From positions 298 through 64,297 of the forward strand of contig JAJFHL010000308.1 of the NCBI GenBank assembly GCA_021775615.1: a DNA stretch of 64,000 nucleotides. The letters run 5' to 3'. The notes under the pieces are model-generated. The model was given only the letters and a program-made list of their open reading frames with translations, did no database searches and was not told where the DNA came from. The translations under genes and the position numbers were made by a program. Origin of the DNA: Hyphomicrobiales bacterium (GTDB lineage: Bacteria; Pseudomonadota; Alphaproteobacteria; Rhizobiales; JAJFHB01). Below, in pieces: positions 1 to 11,605 of the stretch (position 1 is the stretch's first letter; each line of letters starts with the position of its first letter).

Positions 1-609
1 GGCCAACTCCTTCAGGGCCTGACGAATCAGGTCTTCGGCCGGTGCGTCTTCACCGGCATGCTTGAGCGCGGCGGCCACCGCGGCCCCTGCCTGGGTCTGC
101 GCATAACCGAGATTGACCAGCGCCGAGACCGCGTCCGAGACCGGCGTCGCGGTCAGCGCTTCGACATCGGCCTGAACCGCGGCCAGCGAAGGATCGGACG
201 GTGCAAGAGCCGGGAACTTGTCCTTCAGTTCGGTCACGATGCGTTGCGCCACTTTGGGCCCCACGCCGGGCGCCTGCGCCACCTGGGCCTTGTCCTGCAT
301 GGCAACCGCACTCATCAGGGCGCTCGGCTTCAGGGTCGACAGGATCGCCAGCGCAACCTTTGTGCCGACACCCTGCACGGTCAGCAGCAGGCGGAACCAG
401 TCGCGTTCGAGGTCGGAGGAAAATCCGAACAGCTTGAGCTGGTCCTCGCGCACATAGGTCTCCGTCGCCAGCAACACAGCCTCGCCCTTGCCCGGCAGGC
501 TGCCAAGGGTATTCGCCGAACATTGCACCAGATAGCCGACGCCATTGACGTCGATCACCACCCAGTCGTCACCAAAGGAATCGATGATGCCTTTCAGCTT
601 TGCAATCAT
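1..609 (-). CDS. ruvA: Holliday junction branch migration protein RuvA (3' end runs off the window)
   Basis: Not in ORF track. Reverse strand from ATG at 609 reads [28 protein letters not shown]...[10 protein letters not shown] at the window edge. The start overlaps the ruvC stop (TGATG). Confidence 0.95.
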   Translation of the reverse strand, partial: MIAKLKGIIDSFGDDWVVIDVNGVGYLVQCSANTLGSLPGKGEAVLLATETYVREDQLKLFGFSSDLERDWFRLLLTVQGVGTKVALAILSTLKPSALMSAVAMQDKAQVAQAPGVGPKVAQRIVTELKDKFPALAPSDPSLAAVQADVEALTATPVSDAVSALVNLGYAQTQAGAAVAAALKHAGEDAPAEDLIRQALKELA

Positions 610-1124
610 CAGCCGGCCGCCTCGATTTGGCGCGCCAGTTCCCGGCGGCCGCGGTGATGGGCATGGGTGATGGCGACCGCCAAGGCATCGGCCGAATCCT
701 CACTGTCCGGCTGGCACCGTGGCAGCAGCACGCCGACCATGGCGCGGATCTGGGCCTTGTCCGCATGGCCGACCCCGACCACCGACTTCTTGACCAGGTT
801 TGGCGCATACTCGGCGACGAGGATGCCCGACTGCGCCGGCACGAGCAGCGCGATACCACGGGCATGCCCCAGTTTCAGCGTCGAACTGGCGCCCTTGTTG
901 ACGAAAGTCTGTTCCACCGCGGCTTCGTCGGGCTGCCATTCGCCAAGAACCGCGGCGAGGCGCTCGTGCAGTTGCAGCAGTCGCTCGGCAAGAGACAACT
1001 GGGCATCCGACGTCTCGGTGCCGTCCGCAATGTAGGAGATGCCGGTGCCGCGGCAGTCGATCACGCCCCAGCCGGTTCTTCGCAGTCCGGGATCGATGCC
1101 GATCAGGCGTATGCTCTGGGTCAT
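609..1124 (-). CDS. ruvC: Crossover junction endodeoxyribonuclease RuvC
   Basis: [21 protein letters not shown] and DSADALAVA motifs; adjacent to ruvA and yebC. Confidence 0.97.
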   Translation of the reverse strand: MTQSIRLIGIDPGLRRTGWGVIDCRGTGISYIADGTETSDAQLSLAERLLQLHERLAAVLGEWQPDEAAVEQTFVNKGASSTLKLGHARGIALLVPAQSGILVAEYAPNLVKKSVVGVGHADKAQIRAMVGVLLPRCQPDSEDSADALAVAITHAHHRGRRELARQIEAAG

Positions 1125-1167
1125 GGTTGTGGCGCAATCGTGCTGGCCGCAATGGTTCCGCCGCTGG

Positions 1168-1917
1168 TCACGCCGCCGTCAGCTTGGCCATAACGTCGTC
1201 GGAGACTTCGAAATTCGCATAGACATTCTGAACATCATCGTCATCTTCGAGGGTGGCGATCAGCTTCAGGAGAGAAGACGCCTTGTCCTCGTCCACCGGT
1301 GTCATGGTCTGTGGCTTCCACACCGGGCCGACCGACTCAGGCTCACCCAATGCGGTCTCCAGCGCCGAGGCCACATCGCCCAGATCCTCGAACCCGCAAA
1401 TGATGCTGTGACCCTCTTCAGACGAGTCCACATCGTCGGCGCCGGCCTCCAGGGCGGCTTCGAACACCGCATCCGCATCACCGGCCGCAAGCGGATAGAC
1501 CACCTGACCGACCCGGTCGAACATGAACGACACGGACCCGGTCTCACCAAGGTTGCCGCCGTGTTTCGAAAAGGTGGCCCGCACCGCGCTTGCCGTCCGG
1601 TTGCGGTTGTCGGTCAGCGCCTCGACGATGACGGCGACCCCTCCCGAACCATACCCCTCGTAACGCATCTCTTCATAGGTGTCGGCATCGCCCGCCTCCG
1701 ACTTCTTGATGGCGCGCTCGATATTGTCTTTCGGCATGCTCTGGCCGCGTGCATTCTGGATCGCCAGCCGGAGCCGCGGATTGGATGCCGGATCGGAACC
1801 GCCCACCTTGGCCGCGATGGTGATCTCGCGCGACAGCTTGGAGAACAGCTTGGAGCGCTTTTTGTCCTGCGCCCCCTTCCGATACATGATGTTCTTGAAT
1901 TGTGAATGGCCGGCCAT
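1168..1917 (-). CDS. yebC: YebC/PmpR family protein
   Basis: [10 protein letters not shown]...YEGYG...TDNRNRT...DDDDVQNVY family signature. Confidence 0.96.
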   Translation of the reverse strand: MAGHSQFKNIMYRKGAQDKKRSKLFSKLSREITIAAKVGGSDPASNPRLRLAIQNARGQSMPKDNIERAIKKSEAGDADTYEEMRYEGYGSGGVAVIVEALTDNRNRTASAVRATFSKHGGNLGETGSVSFMFDRVGQVVYPLAAGDADAVFEAALEAGADDVDSSEEGHSIICGFEDLGDVASALETALGEPESVGPVWKPQTMTPVDEDKASSLLKLIATLEDDDDVQNVYANFEVSDDVMAKLTAA

Positions 1918-2084
1918 ATCGCCTCGTCCCTCGGTTTCCCCTTGCCGGCTGCCAGCGTGACCCGCGAACTCATCCGCGCCCCGCGAACCGGCCCAATCGG
2001 TTCATGCTTGTGATTCCTGCAGGTCTTATAGAGCACTCTGGAGCTCATTTGAACAGTTTGACTAATCCCGGAATCCGGCGCCGA

Positions 2085-2100
2085 TTAATGCAGCCTTAAC
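2085..2100 (+). promoter_or_regulatory. CtrA-binding box TTAA-N7-TTAAC
   Basis: ttaatgcagccttaac is a full consensus match, 60 nt upstream of the ATG at 2161; a GANTC site lies at 2071. Confidence 0.65.
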
Positions 2101-2160
2101 CACCATGCTGCGAAACTCCCTGCCGTTAGTTTGTAAGTTCAGTCAAGGGATGAGTGCGTA

Positions 2161-2520
2161 ATGAGTGACGACCAACAGATCGATAAAACCCTTGACCGCC
2201 TGGAACACGCGGTCGCCGGCCTGACATCTTCCACCAACATCGATGCGCTGCGATACATCCATCAGCTGGGTCAGAACCCCGGCTGCTCGCGCCACGCTTC
2301 GGAAGCGGCGCGTCATATCGCTGACCTGTGCACCCAGGCTCAGACCAGCCTCATCGAGAGCATCGATCACATGGAAGCGGACCACGACGACACCGCTCAG
2401 ACCTATCTTGGCCATGCGCTTGTGCATCTGGACCAGATCGCAGAGACAGTGAGATCAGTCGACAGCCCGGCGCAAAGCAGCTCGCCCGTCGAACGCCGGC
2501 CGCAGAGCAACAAAGGCTAG
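2161..2520 (+). CDS. Hypothetical 119-aa helical, His-rich protein
   Basis: ORF fills the gap between yebC and the TIGR00282 gene; amphipathic helical pattern; no family recognised. Confidence 0.7.
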   Translation: MSDDQQIDKTLDRLEHAVAGLTSSTNIDALRYIHQLGQNPGCSRHASEAARHIADLCTQAQTSLIESIDHMEADHDDTAQTYLGHALVHLDQIAETVRSVDSPAQSSSPVERRPQSNKG

Positions 2521-2590
2521 CCGAACTCCGCAAGCTCGACGTTCCGCATGCAGTGCCGGGCGCAGGTCGTCTGTTCCCGGCACACGGCGC

Positions 2591-3409
<819 letters not shown>

Positions 3410-3413
3410 AAGT

Positions 3414-4007
3414 TCACTTTCCGCCCGTGCAGCGTTTTGCCCCCAACTCGGTCAGCATCCAGTCGAGCGGCTGATCCAGATCGCCATGGGGCACGCGTTT
3501 CACTTCCTGCCCCGAAAACGCAACGCCGATGGCAACGATCTTGCGCTCCGATCGCGCGAGTTCGAGCGTGCGGTCATAGAAACCGCCGCCATAGCCGAGC
3601 CGGTAGCCTTCGGCATCGAACGCAAGCAACGGCACAAGAAGGATGTCGGGCTTGACCTCCGCCGCGTCTTCGCCCGGCACCGGTATGTCCCATGCGCCTC
3701 CCTCGAGCGGTTCGTCGCGCCCCCATTCGCGAAAGATCAGCGGCTGGGCGGGACCGGTCACCACCGGAAGACATGTCTTCCAGCCTTCTTTCGACAACCG
3801 GTGCAGCAGTGCGGTGCAGTCGATCTCCGAACCGTAGGGGTGAAATCCCGAAACCACGCCGCCGGTCTCCCTGTCCAGGAAATCAAGACCGGTGTCCTTG
3901 AGACGCCGGCGCGCCTCGTCTGCCAGTTGTTCGTGCAGCGCCTTGCGTCGCTCGCCGGCCTTCTTGCGCAGCTTGCGTTTCGCTTTCGCGGTCTTTTCGT
4001 CCGCCAA
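3414..4007 (-). CDS. ygfA: 5-formyltetrahydrofolate cyclo-ligase
   Basis: VPLLAFDAEGYRLGYGGGFYDRTL motif. Probable TTG start at 4007 after a GGGAGG SD; lies downstream of 6S RNA as is usual. Confidence 0.93.
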   Translation of the reverse strand: MADEKTAKAKRKLRKKAGERRKALHEQLADEARRRLKDTGLDFLDRETGGVVSGFHPYGSEIDCTALLHRLSKEGWKTCLPVVTGPAQPLIFREWGRDEPLEGGAWDIPVPGEDAAEVKPDILLVPLLAFDAEGYRLGYGGGFYDRTLELARSERKIVAIGVAFSGQEVKRVPHGDLDQPLDWMLTELGAKRCTGGK

Positions 4008-4049
4008 CTCACCCTCCCGAAACTGGCGACGTGGAGCCACGTCGCCGAT

Positions 4050-4208
4050 GCGAAGCCGCCTAGACCGGTGGAGCGGTACGATCCCGGGTGCCTACGAAAG
4101 TAGGTGGGCGCCAAGTGACAGGACCCACGAGTCCAACCAGAGTCAGCTCCCATAAGGATCGGTAAGGCCCCGGGGATGTGGTGCTCCTGCCGCGTCAGGC
4201 AGCCTCGC
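4050..4208 (-). ncRNA. ssrS: 6S RNA
   Basis: About 159 nt with complementary ends GCGAGGCTGCCT...AGGCGGCTTCGC and internal CCCCGGGG...GGGAGCTG...GGCGCCCACCT...CCCGGGA alphaproteobacterial 6S motifs; canonical zapA-ssrS-ygfA position. Confidence 0.92.
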
Positions 4209-4324
4209 AAGGCGATGTTTAGAACATTTGCAACAGGAGGGAAACAGTTTGGATAAGGCCGCCAGAGAGCCGGCCGGCCGATACGGCAATCCGGTCAGGG
4301 GCGTGCCACGAGCACCCTCACTCC

Positions 4325-4690
4325 CTAGCCTGCCCCGTTGCCCAACTCCTCGGTGAGATGTTCAAGCCGCTCGGCGGCTCCAACCAGTTTGTCGGCCACC
4401 GTGGTCTCCAGCACTCTGGTCCGTTCCACCGCGGCGGAACGGGCGTCCTTCAACCCCTCCATCTCGCTCTCAAGCGTTTCGATCCGTTTGAGCGTCTCGT
4501 CCAGCTTGTCGGCCACAACCAGTCCGGCCATCAGCAACAGCTTGCTGTCTCCGACCTGGCCAAATGACTTCTTCAGCTTGTCGACTTCACTCGCCAGGAG
4601 TTCCGCCAACTCGGTCAGATGGCTCTCCTCGCCTTCATCGCAGACCATGTTGTATGGGCGATCATTGACCCGTACGATTACAGTAGGCAT
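4325..4690 (-). CDS. zapA: Cell division protein ZapA
   Basis: MPTVIVRVNDRPYNMVCDEGEESHL...GDSKLLLMAGLVVAD; start reassigned to the ATG at 4690. Confidence 0.92.
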   Translation of the reverse strand: MPTVIVRVNDRPYNMVCDEGEESHLTELAELLASEVDKLKKSFGQVGDSKLLLMAGLVVADKLDETLKRIETLESEMEGLKDARSAAVERTRVLETTVADKLVGAAERLEHLTEELGNGAG

Positions 4691-4748
4691 GTCCCCAGTT
4701 ACCCTAACTCGCCATCTGACTGCAGTGCCGGCACCCGATCCGGTGCGT

Positions 4749-5024
4749 TCAAGTGCCTCCCAGGAGCGTTCTGATGTTGTGCATAACACCGTCGACGCGC
4801 GCGGAAATTTGCGCATTGACGTCCGCCTGGGAGCTTGCCTCAGCCTTTGTCTCATCGAGCTCGGCCGCCAGTCGCGACCGATCTTCGCTCAAAGCTGTTA
4901 CTTCGCGCTGCAATGTTTCGTTACGCTGGCCGGACTCTGACACCCGCACGACGGCAACCTCGAAAGAACTCAGCGCACTGTCCAGGCGCTCAAGGGCTTC
5001 TTCAATTTTTGAACCGTCCGACAT
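4749..5024 (-). CDS. DUF4164-like coiled-coil protein (putative ZapA partner)
   Basis: Coiled coil containing DRSRLAAELD; conserved position between zapA and tkt. Confidence 0.8.
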   Translation of the reverse strand: MSDGSKIEEALERLDSALSSFEVAVVRVSESGQRNETLQREVTALSEDRSRLAAELDETKAEASSQADVNAQISARVDGVMHNIRTLLGGT

Positions 5025-5287
5025 ACCCGACCCGCCGCTCACGTCCCCCAACGTGTTACCCGTCCGTAATTTGAAGCACTTGGGCGGATTCTTTCAAGCA
5101 CTCATTTGAGCAAAATGCGCAGTTCTGGACAGGTTTCTTGGTTCTCGGCGCGATTTCACCCCATTCATGCCGGCCCATATCGCCCGAATTCATCTATCGG
5201 CACTATCCACTGATCGAATCGGTCCACCATTGACTCGTGAATATGGGGTGGTATGTGTGGCCGCGTTCAATTCAGGACAAACACAAA

Positions 5288-7357
5288 ATGACCCCAGCAA
5301 ACAGCGCGGCTTCGGCCACGACCGACGTGTCGGCGAGCGAACCGTCCAGCATCGATCATCTTAAACACAAGAAGATGGCCGATGCCATCCGCGTCCTCTC
5401 CATGGACGCGGTTCAAAAGGCGAAGTCTGGCCACCCGGGCATGCCGATGGGCATGGCCGATGTCGCCACGGTTCTGTTCACCAAGTTCATGAAGTTCGAT
5501 CCGACCGAACCGGACTGGCCGGACCGGGACCGTTTTGTTCTGTCCGCCGGCCATGGTTCGATGTTGCTCTATTCGTGCCTCCATCTGCTCGGCTACGAGG
5601 ACATCACTCTGAAGGAGCTGCAGAACTTTCGGCAGCTCGGGTCCAAGACCGCCGGTCATCCCGAGTACGGACATGCAGCAGGCATCGAAATGACCACCGG
5701 GCCGCTCGGCCAGGGCATCAGCACCGCGGTCGGCATGGCGCTCGCCGAACGGTTGACGAACGCGAAGTTCGGCGACGATGTTGTCGACCACCGGACCTAT
5801 GTGATCGCCAGCGACGGCGACCTGATGGAAGGGATCAGCCACGAAGCCATTTCGTTCGCCGGCCATCTTCAGCTCTCCAGGCTGATCGTCCTGTTCGACG
5901 ACAACGGCATCTCGATAGACGGCCCCCTGGATCTTGCCGAATCCGGCGATCAGTTGCACCGGTTCGAGGCGGCCGGCTGGGCGGTCAGCAGCGTCGACGG
6001 TCACAACCCGGACGAAATCGCCGCCGCCATAGAGGCAGCTCAAGGATCGGACAAGCCTTCTCTGATCGCCTGCAAGACGACCATCGGCTATGGCGCACCA
6101 AACAAGCAGGGCACATCCAGCACCCACGGAGCGCCGCTCGGCGAAGACGAGATCGCCGCGACCAGGGTTGAGCTCGGCTGGCCTCACGAAGCTTTCGACT
6201 TGCCGACCGAAGTGCGCGACGGCTGGCGCATCGCCGGCCTGCGCGGCTGCAAGGCGCACAAGGCCTGGCGCGACCGGCTCGACGGCATCGATGCGTCTGA
6301 GCGGGCCGAATTCGAACGGCGCAATGCCGGCGATCTGCCGGGCACGCTGAGCGGCGTCATCGCGCGGCTCAAAAAGGATCTGGCTGCCGAACAGCCCGCG
6401 GCCGCGACCCGCGTTGCCTCGCAACGGGTTCTCGATACGGTCAATCAAACGGTTCCCGAGACCATCGGCGGATCGGCCGACCTTACCGGCTCGAACAACA
6501 CAAGATCGGACGGCATGAAGGCGATCGGGGCCGGCGATTTCGCGGGACGATTCATTCACTATGGCATCCGTGAGCACGGCATGGCGGCAGCCATGAACGG
6601 CATGGCGTTGCATGGCGGCGTGATCCCCTACTCTGGAACATTCCTGGTGTTTTCCGACTACTGCCGGCCGTCGATCAGGCTGGCGGCATTGATGGGGCTG
6701 CGGGTCATCCACGTCATGACCCACGATTCCATCGGTCTCGGCGAAGACGGCCCGACGCACCAGCCCGTCGAACATCTTGCGGCGCTGCGCGCCATCCCCA
6801 ATCTGCAGGTCTTTCGCCCGGCAGACGTGACGGAGACCGCGGAATGCTGGCAGCTTGCGCTCGAATCGCACACCACGCCAAGCGTACTGGCGCTGACCCG
6901 GCAATCGCTGCCGTCCCTGAGAACCGATTACAGCGAAGACAATCTGTGCGGACGCGGTGCCTATGTGATCGCCGACGCCAACGGCGATGCCGAGGTGTCG
7001 CTGTTCGCCTCCGGCTCCGAGGTTGAGATTGCGGTCGCCGCAAAGCAGGCGCTGGACGCCGCCGGCCACCCCGCCCGGGTGGTGTCGGTGCCCTGCATGG
7101 AACTCTTTGCGCTGCAGGCCGACGCCTACCGCGAGGACGTTATCGGCGATGCGCCGGTCAAGATCGGTATCGAGGCGGCGATCCGCATGAGCTGGGATCC
7201 GATTATCGGCTCGGACGGCATCTTCATCGGCATGAGTTCGTTCGGAGCCAGCGCACCCCACAAGGAACTCTACCAGCATTTCGGCATCACCGCGGAGGCG
7301 GCGGTCGCCGCGGCCCTCGACCAACTGAAATCAAACGAACAAGGCGACAACAGCTAA
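5288..7357 (+). CDS. tkt: Transketolase
   Basis: [25 protein letters not shown] and [16 protein letters not shown] motifs; exact start uncertain. Confidence 0.98.
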   Translation: MTPANSAASATTDVSASEPSSIDHLKHKKMADAIRVLSMDAVQKAKSGHPGMPMGMADVATVLFTKFMKFDPTEPDWPDRDRFVLSAGHGSMLLYSCLHLLGYEDITLKELQNFRQLGSKTAGHPEYGHAAGIEMTTGPLGQGISTAVGMALAERLTNAKFGDDVVDHRTYVIASDGDLMEGISHEAISFAGHLQLSRLIVLFDDNGISIDGPLDLAESGDQLHRFEAAGWAVSSVDGHNPDEIAAAIEAAQGSDKPSLIACKTTIGYGAPNKQGTSSTHGAPLGEDEIAATRVELGWPHEAFDLPTEVRDGWRIAGLRGCKAHKAWRDRLDGIDASERAEFERRNAGDLPGTLSGVIARLKKDLAAEQPAAATRVASQRVLDTVNQTVPETIGGSADLTGSNNTRSDGMKAIGAGDFAGRFIHYGIREHGMAAAMNGMALHGGVIPYSGTFLVFSDYCRPSIRLAALMGLRVIHVMTHDSIGLGEDGPTHQPVEHLAALRAIPNLQVFRPADVTETAECWQLALESHTTPSVLALTRQSLPSLRTDYSEDNLCGRGAYVIADANGDAEVSLFASGSEVEIAVAAKQALDAAGHPARVVSVPCMELFALQADAYREDVIGDAPVKIGIEAAIRMSWDPIIGSDGIFIGMSSFGASAPHKELYQHFGITAEAAVAAALDQLKSNEQGDNS

Positions 7358-7422
7358 CCCCATCATCGAGCGATGGCGGCCATAGTCATAACGCGGCACT
7401 TTGTCCACGAAGGAGAACAAGC

Positions 7423-8427
7423 ATGACTGTTCGGGTAGCGATCAACGGATTCGGCCGTATCGGCAGAAACATCCTGCGCGCCGTCTCGGAATCGAAGCGC
7501 AACGACATCGAAGTGGTGGCGATCAACGACCTGTGCTCCTACGAAACCGCGGCGCACCTGTTCAAGTATGATTCGGTCCACGGCCCCTTTGACGGCACCG
7601 TCTCCGTCGACGGCGACGGCTTCGATATCGGCTCCGGCAAAATTTCATGCCACTCCGAGCGCAATCCCGCCGACCTGCCGTGGGGCGATCTGGGGATCGA
7701 TGTCGCTCTCGAATGCACCGGCTTTTTTGCATCAAAGGAAAAGGCCTCCGCCCATCTCGATGCCGGCGCGAAAAAAGTGCTGGTTTCCGCACCCGCGAGT
7801 GGCGCCGATCTCACTGTCGTCTATGGCGTCAACCATGACCAGCTCGGCGGCGGCCACACGGTGGTCTCGAATGCATCGTGCACCACCAACTGCCTGGCGC
7901 CGGTGGCCAAGGTGCTGAATGACTTCTGCGGCATCACCCGCGGCTACATGACAACCATTCACGCCTATACTTCCGACCAGCGCCTGCTCGACACCGACCA
8001 TCCCGACCCGCGGCGCGCCCGCGCGGCGGCGCTGTCGATGATCCCGACATCGACCGGTGCGGCGAAAGCCGTCGGCCTGGTTCTGCCCGAGCTCGCCGGC
8101 AAGCTGGATGGCACGGCCATTCGCGTCCCGACGCCCAACGTCTCCCTGGTCGATCTGGTGTTCGTGCCGGGCCGCGAGGTCAGTGTCGATGACGTCAACC
8201 AGGCGATCACCGACGCCGCCAACGGTCCGTTGAACGGCATTCTCGAAACCAACGACGAACCACTCGTCTCGACCGATTTCAATCACCGCGCGGCCTCCTC
8301 CACTTTCGACCTGACCCAGACACAGATCGTCGACGGCGGTCTGGTGCGGGTGGTCAGCTGGTACGACAACGAGTGGGGCTTTTCCAACCGCATGAGCGAC
8401 ACCGCGGTCTATATGGGTGGTCTCTAG
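7423..8427 (+). CDS. gap: Type I glyceraldehyde-3-phosphate dehydrogenase
   Basis: [21 protein letters not shown] and WYDNEWG motifs. Confidence 0.99.
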   Translation: MTVRVAINGFGRIGRNILRAVSESKRNDIEVVAINDLCSYETAAHLFKYDSVHGPFDGTVSVDGDGFDIGSGKISCHSERNPADLPWGDLGIDVALECTGFFASKEKASAHLDAGAKKVLVSAPASGADLTVVYGVNHDQLGGGHTVVSNASCTTNCLAPVAKVLNDFCGITRGYMTTIHAYTSDQRLLDTDHPDPRRARAAALSMIPTSTGAAKAVGLVLPELAGKLDGTAIRVPTPNVSLVDLVFVPGREVSVDDVNQAITDAANGPLNGILETNDEPLVSTDFNHRAASSTFDLTQTQIVDGGLVRVVSWYDNEWGFSNRMSDTAVYMGGL

Positions 8428-8451
8428 CTCCGGATCAGTGCAACGCAAGCC

Positions 8452-9696
8452 ATGGCTGCCTATCGCACGCTCGATGACGTCGACATCCGCAACAAGCGGA
8501 TCGTCGTGCGTGTCGATCTCAATGTTCCCTTTGATAACGGTGAGATATCAGATCTGACGCGCATCGAACGTGTCGTGCCGACGCTGAAGGAACTGCTGCG
8601 GTCCCGGGCGACTGTGGTTGTGCTGTCCCATTTCGGCCGGCCGAAGGGCAAGGTCGTTGCGGACATGTCCCTGAAACCGGTTGCCGACGCCCTGGCCGCC
8701 GCAACCGGGCACCATGTCACGTTCGTTCCAACCGACTGGCAGGACAACAAAGGCGCCCTTGCCGCGATGGAAAGTCTCGGACCCGGCGCGCTGATCCTGA
8801 TGGAGAACACCCGCTTCCATCCCGGCGAGGAGGCCAACGATCCCGCTTTTTCGCGCCAGCTTGCCGAACTGGGTGACATCTATGTCAACGACGCCTTCTC
8901 CGCCGCTCACCGCGCCCATGCCTCGACCGAAGGCATCGCCCACCACATCGAGGCGGTGGCCGGACGGGCGATGGAAGTCGAACTCGACGCCTTGAGCCGG
9001 GCCCTGGACGCCCCTGAGCGGCCTCTTGTTGCCGTTGTCGGCGGGGCGAAAATTTCAACCAAGCTTGAGCTTCTGGGCGCACTGACCGTCAAAGTCGACC
9101 AGTTGATCGTCGGCGGCGGCATGGCCAACACGTTCCTGGCGGCACAGGGAAAGCCCGTTGGCAGGTCGCTGTGCGAGCATGACCTCTTGGACACCGCACG
9201 CGACATACTGCAGGGCGCCGGCCACAACGGCTGCGAAATCGTCCTGCCCCGCGATGTCGTGGTTGCCGAAAGCTTCGAGGCACGTGCGCCGCACCGCACC
9301 GTCGGCGTAGACGACGTCGGGCCGGGAGACATGATCCTGGATGCCGGCGCGCAATCGATCAGCGATATCGAGCGCATCTTCTCCGGTGCGAGGACCTTGG
9401 TCTGGAACGGTCCTCTGGGCGCATTCGAGCTGCCCCCCTTCGACACCGGCACCAATGCCGCCGCACAGGCCGCCGCCCGGCTCTGCAAGGCCGGCAAGCT
9501 GTTGGCTGTGGCAGGCGGAGGTGATACGGTGGCGGCACTCAATCATGCCCGCGCGGCGGACGACTTCACCTACATATCAACAGCCGGCGGCGCATTTCTC
9601 GAATGGCTGGAAGGCAAGGTCCTTCCTGGGGTATTGGTATTGCAAAAAGCGCACGCATCGGGTGCGACCGAGCTGAATCTGGAACAGGCAAAATGA
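8452..9696 (+). CDS. pgk: Phosphoglycerate kinase
   Basis: RVDLNVP, SHFGRPKG, VNDAFSAAHRAHAS and STAGGAFLEWLEG motifs. Confidence 0.98.
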   Translation: MAAYRTLDDVDIRNKRIVVRVDLNVPFDNGEISDLTRIERVVPTLKELLRSRATVVVLSHFGRPKGKVVADMSLKPVADALAAATGHHVTFVPTDWQDNKGALAAMESLGPGALILMENTRFHPGEEANDPAFSRQLAELGDIYVNDAFSAAHRAHASTEGIAHHIEAVAGRAMEVELDALSRALDAPERPLVAVVGGAKISTKLELLGALTVKVDQLIVGGGMANTFLAAQGKPVGRSLCEHDLLDTARDILQGAGHNGCEIVLPRDVVVAESFEARAPHRTVGVDDVGPGDMILDAGAQSISDIERIFSGARTLVWNGPLGAFELPPFDTGTNAAAQAAARLCKAGKLLAVAGGGDTVAALNHARAADDFTYISTAGGAFLEWLEGKVLPGVLVLQKAHASGATELNLEQAK

Positions 9697-10712
9697 CCGA
9701 ACATCTGCACGATATCGCCCAGGCCATGGTGGCCCGGGGCCGTGGAATTCTCGCCGCCGACGAGAGTTCAGGTACCATCAAGAAGCGGTTCGACACCATC
9801 GGCGTGGACTCGACCGAAGGCTCCAGACGGGACTATCGCGAAATGCTGTTCCGTTGCACCGACGCCATGAAGGACAGCATCTCCGGCGTCATTCTGTATG
9901 ACGAGACGCTGCGTCAGAAGGCGGCGGACGGGACCCCGATCGTTGACGTCATCCGCGCCAGCAACTCCATTCCCGGCATCAAGGTCGACACCGGCGCCAA
10001 GGATCTGGCGGGCACGCAGGGTGAAAAGATCACCGAAGGCCTTGACGGTCTGCGCGAACGTCTCGCGGAGTACCACGACATCGGCGCACGCTTTGCCAAG
10101 TGGCGCGCGGTGATCACCATCGGCGCGGACATTCCCAGCTCCTATTGCGTGCACACCAATGCTCACGCGCTGGCACGCTATGCAGCGCTCTGCCAGGAAC
10201 AGAACATCGTTCCGATCGTCGAACCCGAAGTGCTCATGGACGGCGACCACTCGATCGAGCGTTGTTTCGAAGTCACCGAGTTTGTGCTCAATACGGTCTA
10301 CGACGAACTGTATTCCCAGAACGTCGCGCTCGAGGGCACCATTTTGAAGCCCAACATGGTTCTGTCCGGTATGGGATGCCCGGACCAGGCCGGTATTGAC
10401 GAGGTGGCGCAGCGGACGATCACATGTCTCAAGCGCTGCGTGCCTGCCGCGGTTCCGGGCATATGTTTCCTGTCGGGCGGGCAGTCGGACGAACTGGCAA
10501 CCGCCCATCTGTCTGCGATGAACGCGGCTTACGACATGCCGTGGGTCCTGAGCTTTTCTTATGGACGCGCACTGCAGGCCGCGGCCCTCAAGGCCTGGGC
10601 GGGGAAAGCCGAAAACGTTCCCGCGGCTCAGACCGCCTTTTCTCACCGCGCCCGCATGAACGGACTTGCGGCAACGGGCCAATGGTCGGCAGAGCGGGAA
10701 CAAGCCGCATAA
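9693..10712 (+). CDS. fba: Class I fructose-bisphosphate aldolase
   Basis: GILAADES, FAKWRAV, VPIVEPEV, LKPNMV and SFSYGRALQ motifs; the ATG at 9693 overlaps the pgk stop (ATGA). Confidence 0.97.
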   Translation: MTEHLHDIAQAMVARGRGILAADESSGTIKKRFDTIGVDSTEGSRRDYREMLFRCTDAMKDSISGVILYDETLRQKAADGTPIVDVIRASNSIPGIKVDTGAKDLAGTQGEKITEGLDGLRERLAEYHDIGARFAKWRAVITIGADIPSSYCVHTNAHALARYAALCQEQNIVPIVEPEVLMDGDHSIERCFEVTEFVLNTVYDELYSQNVALEGTILKPNMVLSGMGCPDQAGIDEVAQRTITCLKRCVPAAVPGICFLSGGQSDELATAHLSAMNAAYDMPWVLSFSYGRALQAAALKAWAGKAENVPAAQTAFSHRARMNGLAATGQWSAEREQAA

Positions 10713-10791
10713 CACCGGCGACGGCCTACAAATACGCCGTCGCAATCACATATAGTGGGGTTCAGGGTGCGCCCTGAATTTGCCTAACCTT

Positions 10792-10917
10792 TGATCTAGA
10801 GCGGGATCAGGAAAAGTGGATACCGGTTTTACGTCCGATCCTGCTCCAAAATATTGGAATCGATCACGTTTTATCCACTTAGGTGAGTCCACCTAAGTTG
10901 CTCGTGATCTAGAGCGG
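10792..10917. repeat. Two-hairpin palindromic intergenic element (RIME/Bru-RS/CIR-like MITE)
   Basis: Bounded by a direct repeat tgatctagagcgg (10792-10804 and 10905-10917). Hairpin 1 is gagcgggatc...gatcctgctc around aaaagtggataccggtttt; hairpin 2 is gatcacg...acttaggtg-agtc-cacctaagt...cgtgatc. Confidence 0.8.
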
Positions 10918-10972
10918 CCCGCACAGTCGGACGAGGGCCTGAGGCACGATTCATGAGCGAAAGACACGATTC

Positions 10973-11605
10973 ATGAGCGAACCGCGCTGTCGGCTTTTTC
11001 TGGTCAGCCCTCCAAATGCGGACGCGGAAGACTTCCCCGCCTGTTTCGAGCAGGCCGCAAAAGCGGCCGACGTCGCCTCGCTGCTTGTCCGTCCAACCGG
11101 CGATCATGACGACACGGTTGATGTGATATCGGCGGTGCTCGCCGCGGGTTATGAATACAACGTCGCCATCCTGGTTGATGGTGACGCTGATATTGCCGCC
11201 GAGTCCGGGGCCGACGGCGTTCAGGTTACGGGTGACATCACACAGTACGAACGTGCCCGCACGCTGCTTGGTTCGGACCGGATCGTCGGTATGTTTTCGA
11301 ACGGCTCGAGGCATGCCGCCATGGAGCTTGCCGAGGCGGGGGCCGATTACATTGCCTTTGACCAAGGCCACACTCTTACCATCGGGAACGGCGATACTAA
11401 GGAACAGATAGATCCCATATCATGGTGGTCCAGCCTCTTCGAGATACCCTCCGTCGCCTTTGCGCCAACGGAAATCGGTGAGGTCGAAGCCCTGGTAAGG
11501 GCGGGGTGCGGTTTCATTCGCCCGGACGATGCCATGTGGTCGTCACCCGACCGCGCCGCCGATACCGTCAAACGCTACAATGCGAGGATCGAAGAAGTTG
11601 TGTAA
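10973..11605 (+). CDS. thiE: Thiamine phosphate synthase-like protein
   Basis: RLFLVSPP, GADGVQV, SRHAAMELAEAGADYIAF and WWSSLFEIPSVAF motifs; conserved after fba in Hyphomicrobiales. Confidence 0.82.
   Translation: MSEPRCRLFLVSPPNADAEDFPACFEQAAKAADVASLLVRPTGDHDDTVDVISAVLAAGYEYNVAILVDGDADIAAESGADGVQVTGDITQYERARTLLGSDRIVGMFSNGSRHAAMELAEAGADYIAFDQGHTLTIGNGDTKEQIDPISWWSSLFEIPSVAFAPTEIGEVEALVRAGCGFIRPDDAMWSSPDRAADTVKRYNARIEEVV

Noticed and set aside
58-657. 199-aa plus-strand ORF and other short ORFs at the left edge
   Set aside because: They overlap ruvA, which the track missed because its stop lies outside the window.
5267-7324. Long antisense ORFs (685 aa here; also 23992-25917, 31421-33109, 45039-46502, 48162-49721, 51905-53320, 55183-56934)
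   Set aside because: Shadow frames opposite well-supported genes, expected from GC-rich codon usage; no recognisable domains.
9693-10712. Eukaryote-like class I aldolase as evidence of horizontal transfer
   Set aside because: This type is common in alphaproteobacterial tkt-gap-pgk-fba clusters.
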